DNA of 6,988 nucleotides from a virus: IMG/VR virus record IMGVR_UViG_3300037558_002656; one strand, 5' to 3'. Shown piece by piece: positions 1 to 5,276 of this stretch (position 1 is its first letter; each line of letters starts with the position of its first letter). The notes under the pieces were generated by a model. It saw only the letters and a program-made list of their open reading frames with translations, ran no database searches and was not told where the DNA came from. The position numbers and the translations under genes were made by a program.

Positions 1-53
1 TCTCGGCCCAGCGCCCGAGCTGGTACGTCGAACCCTCGGTGGAGGCTGCCTGA
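1..53 (+). CDS. gII: 3' end of the replication initiator gene (partial, duplicate of 6862-6914).
   Basis: Identical to the last 53 nt of ORF 5685..6914, encoding ...SAQRPSWYVEPSVEAA then the TGA stop at 51-53. Confidence 0.85.
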   Translation, partial: SAQRPSWYVEPSVEAA

Positions 54-127
54 TGAAAGCCCCTCTGCGTTTCGCCTTCGGCTGGGTTCTCTACCTGGCC
101 ATTCTCATGGGCATCAATCCAATCATG
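1..127. repeat. Left copy of the terminal redundancy (identical to 6862-6988). Most simply an overlap from linearising a circular or tandem molecule.
   Basis: Base-by-base comparison: tctcggcccagcgcccgagctggtacgtcg...caatccaatcatg is present at both ends with a constant offset of 6861. Confidence 0.9.
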
Positions 128-295
128 AAGCTGATTTGGCACACCGCTCATCAGCAGCCCCTGGTGGTCACCCTTGCGACTGCCTTTGTTGGCCTCGCTC
201 TCCTGATCGCTCTCTATTTCGGTGCACTCCGTCGATTTTGGCAGTGGTGCGACGAACCCCGGGCAAGTCGCCCAATTAAACCCTGTGAGGAATAA
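53..295 (+). CDS. Small integral membrane protein, 80 aa, two predicted hydrophobic helices, function unknown.
   Basis: ATG overlaps the gII stop (ATGA at 51-55). Strong SD GGAGG at 41-45, 7 nt upstream. Hydrophobic stretches FAFGWVLYLAILMGI and VVTLATAFVGLALLIALYF. Confidence 0.7.
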   Translation: MKAPLRFAFGWVLYLAILMGINPIMKLIWHTAHQQPLVVTLATAFVGLALLIALYFGALRRFWQWCDEPRASRPIKPCEE

Positions 296-297
296 CC

Positions 298-636
298 ATG
301 CTCGCTCTTATCGGACTTTGCCACGGCTTTAACACCAATACCCGTACTGTCGGCCAGAACACTTTCACCGACAACCAAGTGTTGATTGAAGTTGAACAAA
401 CCAACCAATATGGTATCCCGGAAGTTAAAACGGTTGCCGTCAAGCTCTCCAAGAAGCACATGGAGTTGGGTTTGAACAACGTCTGGAATCAACTCAAGGG
501 CAAACAAGTTTCTATCCCTGTCTTCGTCGGGGCCTGGGCAAGTAAGGCAGGTAATGCCGGTTATGACCTGTGGCTCTCGGGCGAGGGCAAGCCCCTCAAT
601 ATCCAGCTGATCAAACAAGTTCAGCAGGCCAGCTAA
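298..636 (+). CDS. Candidate ssDNA-binding protein (gV position), 112 aa.
   Basis: SD GAGGA at 287-291, 6 nt before the ATG. Lies between the replication gene and the coat genes, as gV does in Ff, Pf1 and Pf3. Soluble, with a beta-rich-looking sequence. I see no direct similarity to M13 gV, so the function rests on position only. Confidence 0.5.
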   Translation: MLALIGLCHGFNTNTRTVGQNTFTDNQVLIEVEQTNQYGIPEVKTVAVKLSKKHMELGLNNVWNQLKGKQVSIPVFVGAWASKAGNAGYDLWLSGEGKPLNIQLIKQVQQAS

Positions 637-642
637 GCAGCT

Positions 643-675
643 CCCCTAGCTTTTTGCGAAGCAAAAAGAGAGGGG
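643..675 (+). promoter_or_regulatory. Intergenic stem-loop between the gV-like gene and orf71, capped by a GCGAAGC mini-hairpin.
   Basis: CCCCT-AG-CTTTTTGC gaa GCAAAAAG-AG-AGGGG gives 8 bp plus 5 bp separated by a 2x2 internal loop. There is no T-tract after it, so it is not a canonical terminator. Confidence 0.5.
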
Positions 676-686
676 CAGGGGGTTTA

Positions 687-902
687 ATGAATTTTCTAGG
701 CTGTGACGGTATTTGGTTGCTCCAGGCTGATGGCACAACTATCTGCCAGGGCGATATGAAGACTTTCACGGTTCAGGAAATGCGGGACTATCTAACGCCC
801 GCTTTAACACTGGAGCAGAAGTTAGAGATAACCGGTGCAATGCTTGCTCTGCTTGTCGTTGTATGGGTGTTCAAGAAGCTCCGGACAACTTTCCCACACT
901 GA
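687..902 (+). CDS. Small protein of 71 aa with a C-terminal transmembrane helix. Possible virion-tip minor coat protein (gVII/gIX position).
   Basis: Start chosen at the internal ATG 687 of track ORF 570..902, because 570-686 overlaps the gV-like gene and the hairpin. G-rich SD GGGGG at 677-681. C-terminal ITGAMLALLVVVWVF followed by KKLR. Confidence 0.6.
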   Translation: MNFLGCDGIWLLQADGTTICQGDMKTFTVQEMRDYLTPALTLEQKLEITGAMLALLVVVWVFKKLRTTFPH

Positions 903-913
903 GGTAATGCAAT

Positions 914-1132
914 ATGAAACTGCGCAACATCATGAAGAAATACGGCCCGGCCGTTGGCGTTGCTTCCCTGGCTATGGTCGGTGGTCCGGCATTCGCTGCT
1001 GAAATCGACACTTCCGAAAGCCTGGGCTACATCGCTGCTGGCATCGTTGCTGCCATCGCCCTTGGCGGCGCTATGTTGGGCCTGGTTGCCCTTATCGGCG
1101 TCGGCAAGAAGACCCAGCGCGCTGGGACCTAA
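914..1132 (+). CDS. gVIII: Major coat protein precursor, 72 aa: a 28-aa signal peptide and a 44-aa mature protein.
   Basis: SD GAGG at 901-904. The signal peptide MKLRNIMKKYGPAVGVASLAMVGGPAFA ends in an AxA motif. The mature protein AEIDTSES...GKKTQRAGT has an acidic N-terminus, a hydrophobic core and a basic C-terminus, and is followed by a strong terminator as in Ff. Confidence 0.9.
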   Translation: MKLRNIMKKYGPAVGVASLAMVGGPAFAAEIDTSESLGYIAAGIVAAIALGGAMLGLVALIGVGKKTQRAGT

Positions 1133-1144
1133 GTTCTACCACCA

Positions 1145-1178
1145 AGCCGGTGGCGGTTAATTCCGCCCCGGCTTTTTT
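1145..1178 (+). terminator. Rho-independent terminator after the major coat gene.
   Basis: AGCCGG(T)GGCGG ttaatt CCGCCCCGGCT forms an 11-bp GC-rich stem with one bulge, followed directly by TTTTTT (1173-1178). Confidence 0.85.
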
Positions 1179-1198
1179 ATTGCCCGGAGAAACTTGTT

Positions 1199-2731
1199 AT
1201 GAGGAACTTCCAATGTATATCAGCCCCGAAGATTTGGCTTTCCTGGGCGTTCTCTTTGCTTTCTTTATTATGTTCTCAGGGCGTTAGTGCTCAAGACTAC
1301 TTTTGGCGTCACAACTATAACTCCCCCAACTATCCCTCTGCTGTTGAGGCCTGTAAAGCCGTATTCATATTGAGGGCTGAACACTATCCCGGCATTACCT
1401 ACTCTGGTATCTACATTAACCCTAATAAGCCTTATGAAGCCGCTTGCACCGGTAAGCGCTCAGATGGTTCTAACGCTGGCTTTATTCACTCCGTTACCCG
1501 ATATGGCGATCGGTGCACCGCTCCCGCTGTTTATAATCCTCAAACGGGTGCGTGCGACGGTCCGCAGCCTGATAAATGTGAGCCTACTATTGGTCAGATA
1601 GTTCATCATGAGTTCAAATTTAAGAGTCTTGGTGAGGATGGCAATCCTTCTACTGATCCGCCCATTACTGTTTGCAAAAACTCTTGTCAGTATTCGCACA
1701 CATATAAAGACTTCACTTCCAAGCGTGACTTTGGTCCCCCTGATATGTTGGTTGGCTCTTTTGAATATAAGGGCAATGGCATCAGTTGCACGCCTTCCGC
1801 TACCAATCCGTCAGTATTTGACCAACCTCCGTCAAAGGACCCTGTAACTACTCCACCCAATTACTCCGCAACTGATAGTTGCTCCAATTGGGTAACACAG
1901 CCTGACGGCACCATGAAGCGCAGTTGCACTTCTGAGACTTCGTACAAGGATGAAGGCGAGGTTGAGTGCAAGGGCGGTACTGCCGGTTCCGGTTTTAGCT
2001 CAAGTGTTACGTGCACCCCAACCAAGAAGCCCCCGGAAAAAACCGACAAGACCAAGCTTGAGGAGACCGAGAAAAAGACCAACCCGGATGGTTCCACCGA
2101 GACCACCACCAAGACCGACACCACTGAAACGAAGTGCAAGGGCACCAAGCCCTGCGAATCGACCAGCAAGACCGAAACTACCACCGAGAAGACCGACCCC
2201 AATGGCAATAAGGAATCCACCAGCGGCAACTGTGTCGGCACCGGATGTAACCCCGAAAAGCCGTCAGATTCGAGCGGAGAGGGCGAGGACGAGCGTCCGG
2301 AGTCATCTGTGGTGGCCGGCGCCTGTGACGCTTCTGTGCAGTGCACGGGCGATGCCTTGGCGTGTGAGCTGATCCGCCAGCAGAAGGCTCAGCGCTGCGC
2401 TGATGAAGATTTCCGCACCGTCACCCCGGCCAAGGTTCAGGAACTCAAGGACGGGCTACAGGGCGAGTTTTCCGGCGAGGAATACCAGCCCCTGACCGCC
2501 ACTGCTGAAAACACGTTTGACCTCGGCAACATGGTCGATACCAGCCGCCGCTTCTCCAGCAGTTGCCCGGCTGTTCAGGACATCAACGTTCCGTACATGG
2601 GGTCTTCCATCAGCATCGGCGCTTCTCAGTGGATCTCCATGCTTTGCCCGTACCTGGCCTGGTTTGGCTACTTCATCGTGGCGTTTGCGATGCGTCGCGG
2701 CGCTGAAATCGTTGCACAGGGGATGAGCTAA
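1199..2731 (+). CDS. gIII: Adsorption / minor coat protein, gIII-like, 510 aa.
   Basis: SD GGAGA at 1186-1190. Signal peptide ends in VSA before QDYF. Cys-rich N-terminal domains, a Thr/Lys/Glu/Pro low-complexity linker (about 2020-2300), and a C-terminal membrane anchor WISMLCPYLAWFGYFIVAFAMRRG. Sits directly after gVIII. Confidence 0.8.
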   Translation: MRNFQCISAPKIWLSWAFSLLSLLCSQGVSAQDYFWRHNYNSPNYPSAVEACKAVFILRAEHYPGITYSGIYINPNKPYEAACTGKRSDGSNAGFIHSVTRYGDRCTAPAVYNPQTGACDGPQPDKCEPTIGQIVHHEFKFKSLGEDGNPSTDPPITVCKNSCQYSHTYKDFTSKRDFGPPDMLVGSFEYKGNGISCTPSATNPSVFDQPPSKDPVTTPPNYSATDSCSNWVTQPDGTMKRSCTSETSYKDEGEVECKGGTAGSGFSSSVTCTPTKKPPEKTDKTKLEETEKKTNPDGSTETTTKTDTTETKCKGTKPCESTSKTETTTEKTDPNGNKESTSGNCVGTGCNPEKPSDSSGEGEDERPESSVVAGACDASVQCTGDALACELIRQQKAQRCADEDFRTVTPAKVQELKDGLQGEFSGEEYQPLTATAENTFDLGNMVDTSRRFSSSCPAVQDINVPYMGSSISIGASQWISMLCPYLAWFGYFIVAFAMRRGAEIVAQGMS

Positions 2732-3039
2732 TGCCCGCACTGATCGGTTTACTACTACGCGCTATCGGCTGGTCTCTGGTCCCGCTCGGCTGGAAGTTGG
2801 TGCGCGGCCTCGGCTTTGCCGCCGTCACCTTCACCGGTGTCCAGGTCCTCATGAATCAGGCCAAGGACTATGCCTTCTCGAACCTTGGCGCTGTTCCAGC
2901 GTCGTGGCTTCAGGTCCTTGGCCTGCTGCAAATCGACGTGGCTATAAACATCCTTTTTTCCTGCTACGTCGCCCGGGCTGTCATCTGGGGCATGAATCAA
3001 TCCGGTTCCAAGACCGGCATCAGCTGGAGGGGCAAGTAA
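2731..3039 (+). CDS. gVI: Minor coat protein gVI-like, 102 aa, hydrophobic.
   Basis: The start overlaps the gIII stop (TAATG). The N-terminus MPALIGLLLR and the later ...VPASWLQVLGLLQIDVAINILFSCYVARAVIW follow the pattern I recall for M13 pVI (MPVLLGIPLLLR..., ...LPSDFVQGVQLIL...LPCFYVILSVKAAIF). Position between gIII and gI. Confidence 0.75.
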   Translation: MPALIGLLLRAIGWSLVPLGWKLVRGLGFAAVTFTGVQVLMNQAKDYAFSNLGAVPASWLQVLGLLQIDVAINILFSCYVARAVIWGMNQSGSKTGISWRGK

Positions 3040-4319
3040 TGCTCTATCTTCGTACTGGCCTGCCTGGTGCTGGCAAAACCCTTAACGCCATCCGCGAAAT
3101 CGACCTCGAGCATCAGCCAGATCCGGCCGATCCATCAAAGCGCCTGCATAAGGACCCGGCTGACCCCGACTTGCCGCCTAGAACTATCTACTACCACGGT
3201 ATTCCTGACGTCCAGACTGACCGCCTCAAATCCAAATGGGTCGAGTTCGACACGCCAAATGAGTGGTTCAACCTGCCAGACGGCTCCGTTATCGTCATCG
3301 ACGAAGCCCAGCGCATTTTCGGTACCGACCTCGGCCGCCAGCGCCCCGAGAAGGTCGCCAGGTTCGAGACCCACCGGCACCAGGGCCTGGATATTCACCT
3401 GATCACCCAGCACCCCTCGCTGCTCAATCCTGCCGTTCGCAAGCTGGTCGGCAAGCACATCAACTTCATCCGCCCTTACGGCCGCGAGAAAGGCATCTTC
3501 CGGCACGAATATGAGTTCTGCATCGACGCCCCCGAAAAGCGCGTTAACTTCAAGCAGGCTCAGGAGGAGAGGGTGGCCCTGGACCCGGCCTACTTCGGCA
3601 CCTACAAGTCCAGCACCATCCACACCCACAAGCCGACCCGGCCCACCTACCTCAAGCGCGTTCCGTATCTCATCGCCTTCATCGTGCTGTGCCTGAGCGT
3701 GCTCGGTGGCCTCGGTTGGATGAAGATTTCCGCCGCTCGTGAGCGCATGGCCGCAGCCGAGGAGGCTAAGCAGCATGAACAGGAGGCCCTCGCAGCATCC
3801 TCGCCTGGTGCGTCTCTCGCCCCAGCTGCTGCGCAGTCTGCGCCGCCTGTACCGGATTACTTCGAGCAGCGCACCCCGCGTGTCGAGACCTATCCGGCAT
3901 CAGCGCCACGCTATGACGATCTGACCAAGCCGCGAGATTTCCCGCGGCTGATCTGTGCCGCCAGCCACGACGCCGCTGTGATCAATCGTGCTCTCCAGCG
4001 CCGCCGGCCTGTTGGTGTCGATCGCAACGGTGATCGCTTTACCTGCAGCTGCTACACGCAGCAGGTGACCAGGGTCCAGACTACCGCTGAGTTCTGCTTG
4101 AACGTTGTAGAGAATGGCATCTTCGATGACACTCGACTGCCGCCGCTTTATGCCTCCAGCACCGGCCAGCTGACCACATCGACCCAGCCAGCAATAGAGC
4201 CGGCGGCGAATCAGCGAGGGCGCGCAGCGATCTCGCCGCCGGCGCCAGTTACCGTCATTTCCAACACTGAATACACGTCACGCCCTTGGCGATCAGTCAC
4301 CGGCTACAGCGCCAATTGA
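3039..4319 (+). CDS. gI: Assembly ATPase gI / Zot family, 426 aa.
   Basis: Start taken at ATG 3039 (MLYLRTGLPGAGKT), overlapping the gVI stop (TAATG), with SD GGAGG about 8 nt upstream. Walker A GLPGAGKT at 3057-3080 and Walker B VIVIDEAQ. A single TM helix VPYLIAFIVLCLSVLGGLGW, then an Ala/Pro-rich linker and a Cys-containing periplasmic domain. Confidence 0.9.
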   Translation: MLYLRTGLPGAGKTLNAIREIDLEHQPDPADPSKRLHKDPADPDLPPRTIYYHGIPDVQTDRLKSKWVEFDTPNEWFNLPDGSVIVIDEAQRIFGTDLGRQRPEKVARFETHRHQGLDIHLITQHPSLLNPAVRKLVGKHINFIRPYGREKGIFRHEYEFCIDAPEKRVNFKQAQEERVALDPAYFGTYKSSTIHTHKPTRPTYLKRVPYLIAFIVLCLSVLGGLGWMKISAARERMAAAEEAKQHEQEALAASSPGASLAPAAAQSAPPVPDYFEQRTPRVETYPASAPRYDDLTKPRDFPRLICAASHDAAVINRALQRRRPVGVDRNGDRFTCSCYTQQVTRVQTTAEFCLNVVENGIFDDTRLPPLYASSTGQLTTSTQPAIEPAANQRGRAAISPPAPVTVISNTEYTSRPWRSVTGYSAN

Positions 4320-4329
4320 GGCCATTCCC

Positions 4330-4440
4330 ATGTTCACTTGGCTCAAGCACTCGAAGTGCGTCCGCTGTGGCGCTGTCTACTGGAATCCGCCTCAATGGCC
4401 ACCAGATTGCTGTCCTCTGTGCCGTCTTCCTAAGCCATAG
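4330..4440 (+). CDS. Unannotated 36-aa miniprotein with two CxxC pairs (zinc-ribbon-like): MFTWLKHSKCVRCGAVYWNPPQWPPDCCPLCRLPKP.
   Basis: Below the length cutoff of the ORF track. SD GAGG at 4318-4321, 8 nt before the ATG at 4330. CVRC (residues 10-13) and CPLC (28-31) are spaced as in a zinc ribbon. The stop at 4438-4440 abuts the long hairpin. Confidence 0.45.
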   Translation: MFTWLKHSKCVRCGAVYWNPPQWPPDCCPLCRLPKP

Positions 4441-4533
4441 GCTTCGCATAATGGTCCGCCTTATGTTGAGCGGCGTCCGGACAATGCCACCGGCTCCGGG
4501 CGTCGCGTAACATAGGGCGTATTATGCGCAAGC
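4441..4533 (+). other. 93-nt imperfect hairpin formed by two inverted dif-like sites. Candidate ssDNA-folded attP for XerC/XerD; the alternative is a packaging-signal hairpin.
   Basis: The left arm 4441-4481 pairs with 4495-4533: 30 Watson-Crick pairs, 5 G-T wobbles, 1 mismatch, a 1-nt bulge (C4529) and an asymmetric internal loop (GGTC opposite T). Top strand is GCTTCGCATAA-TGGTCCGCC-TTATGTTGAGC. The reverse complement of the right arm is CTTGCGCATAA-TACGCC-CTATGTTACGC. Compare E. coli dif GGTGCGCATAA-TGTATA-TTATGTTAAAT. Confidence 0.6.
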
Positions 4534-4760
4534 CCTTCATCCTCGAAATTCCCTTTCACCTCGTCCACGATGCACAGCTCTACGCGCCTTCCAGGGCGCC
4601 TCTAGACGCTGTTTGCCATGTTCTTGCCGATTACCCTCGCCTTGTCGCTGAAACGCGTCATATGCGCTCTAGGCTCGCCGATATCGACCGCGAATCATCT
4701 GATCTCGACCAGCTGGTTGCCGACTTACAGCAGCTCGCCCGGCAGATCCTGGAACTGTAG
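4524..4760 (+). CDS. Hypothetical 78-aa protein with a helical, coiled-coil-like C-terminus.
   Basis: Weak SD AGGG at 4514-4517. Codon third positions look coding-like. The C-terminal DLDQLVADLQQLARQILEL has a heptad-like pattern. No recognisable family. Confidence 0.5.
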   Translation: MRKPFILEIPFHLVHDAQLYAPSRAPLDAVCHVLADYPRLVAETRHMRSRLADIDRESSDLDQLVADLQQLARQILEL

Positions 4761-4866
4761 GGCGCCCCTGCACTCATCACTGTCCAACCCGCTTTTCTGC
4801 AACGGTAGTTGCACGTCAGGTTCATTCGGTGGTGGGTCCCGGAGGCAATTTCCGTAAGGTCGGAGG

Positions 4867-5029
4867 GGGGTAGCCCGAAGGGCGCAGGGGCAAGCCCCTG
4901 GCCGAGTAGCGGACGAATGTCCGCGGAGCGGGGCTTCTAGCTGCGTAGTTGGATCATCGTTTCTCGGTTGGGGTAGCGCGAAGCGCTAGGGGGAACCCCT
5001 ACCAAGCAGAGCGCGAATGCGCGGCAGCG
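4867..5029 (+). repeat. Two tandem copies (period 103 nt) of a three-hairpin module. Candidate ssDNA structural element (minus-strand origin or packaging signal), or a REP-like element.
   Basis: Copy 1 (4867-4930) is GGGGTAGCCCGAAGGGCGCAGGGGCAAGCCCCTGGCCGAGTAGCGGACGAATGTCCGCGGAGCG. Copy 2 (4970-5029) is GGGGTAGCGCGAAGCGCTAGGGGGAACCCCTACCAAGCAGAGCGCGAATGCGCGGCAGCG. Hairpins: GCCC-gaa-GGGC / GCGC-gaa-GCGC; CAGGGG-caag-CCCCTG / TAGGGG-gaa-CCCCTA; GCGGAC-gaat-GTCCGC / GCGC-gaat-GCGC. Confidence 0.75.
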
Positions 5030-5047
5030 AAGGTGCAGTGAGCGATA

Positions 5048-5242
5048 TCAGCCTTCCAGCTGGCTTGCCTGCCTGCAGCCTGTTTTCGTTTCTGACACCC
5101 AAGGCGAGCTTGCCATCACCGCCCCTGTGATGCGTACGCCTGCGCGGAAGCATTCTTCCCTGCTTTCGTAGCCCGTCAGCGTTATTTCTTGTCTCTCGCC
5201 GCTTGCGGCGATCAAAGCAACGACCAGCACCCACACATCCAT
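5048..5242 (-). CDS. 64-aa protein with an N-terminal hydrophobic signal or anchor, function unknown.
   Basis: Strong minus-strand SD, GGAGA followed by 7 nt and then ATG (reverse complement of 5243-5254). N-terminus MDVWVLVVALIAASG. Same orientation as the RHH-like regulator upstream of it. Confidence 0.5.
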   Translation of the reverse strand: MDVWVLVVALIAASGERQEITLTGYESREECFRAGVRITGAVMASSPWVSETKTGCRQASQLEG

Positions 5243-5276
5243 TTTTCAGTCTCCGGCGATTCTGGCTGCTGCTCTG

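Noticed and set aside
1-127. The terminal repeat could be interpreted as an LTR, an att duplication or a biological direct repeat.
   Set aside because: The repeat is exact, sits precisely at the window ends, and restores an uninterrupted gII reading frame. That is the signature of a linearised circle. Tandem prophage copies cannot be excluded without flanking sequence.
214-618. 134-aa ORF on the minus strand, and 276..479 (-).
   Set aside because: Both are antisense shadows of the orf80 and gV-like genes. They have no SD and no motif, and they are inconsistent with the single-strand gene organisation of this block.
570-686. Upstream extension of orf71 to the ATG at 570 (the 110-aa version).
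   Set aside because: It overlaps the 3' end of the gV-like gene and crosses the intergenic hairpin. The ATG at 687 follows a G-rich SD.
1861-2372. ORFs 1861..2346 (-) and 1950..2372 (+), both Pro/Ser/Val/Arg-rich.
   Set aside because: They are alternative-frame artefacts of the repetitive ACC/AAG/GAA-rich linker of gIII, and their translations are low-complexity.
2904-3038. Upstream extension of gI to the ATG at 2904 (the 471-aa version in the track).
   Set aside because: The extension lies entirely inside gVI in another frame. The ATG at 3039 has a GGAGG SD and puts the Walker A motif at residues 7-14, as in gI/Zot proteins.
3135-3776. 213-aa minus-strand ORF inside gI, plus 3067..3402, 3263..3514, 3511..3696 and 3739..3924 (+).
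   Set aside because: These are typical long spurious frames in a high-GC coding region. The gI frame carries the Walker motifs and the TM helix.
3039-4319. An internal gXI-type start within gI just before the TM helix, as in Ff.
   Set aside because: No in-frame Met with an SD lies immediately upstream of the TM segment (VPYLIAF...). The nearest Met residues lie after the helix. I cannot support a nested gene from the sequence.
4286-4510. Track ORF of 74 aa on the + strand, overlapping the end of gI.
   Set aside because: It has no SD and starts inside gI. It reads straight through most of the 93-nt dif-like hairpin and has no recognisable motif. The 36-aa CxxC ORF in another frame explains the region better.
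4860-5040. Possible tRNA or CRISPR-like array, given the clustered stem-loops and repeats.
   Set aside because: The stems have 3-4 nt loops and there is no acceptor, anticodon or T-arm geometry. There are only two repeat copies, they are degenerate, and there are no spacers of uniform length. Neither a tRNA nor a CRISPR array fits.
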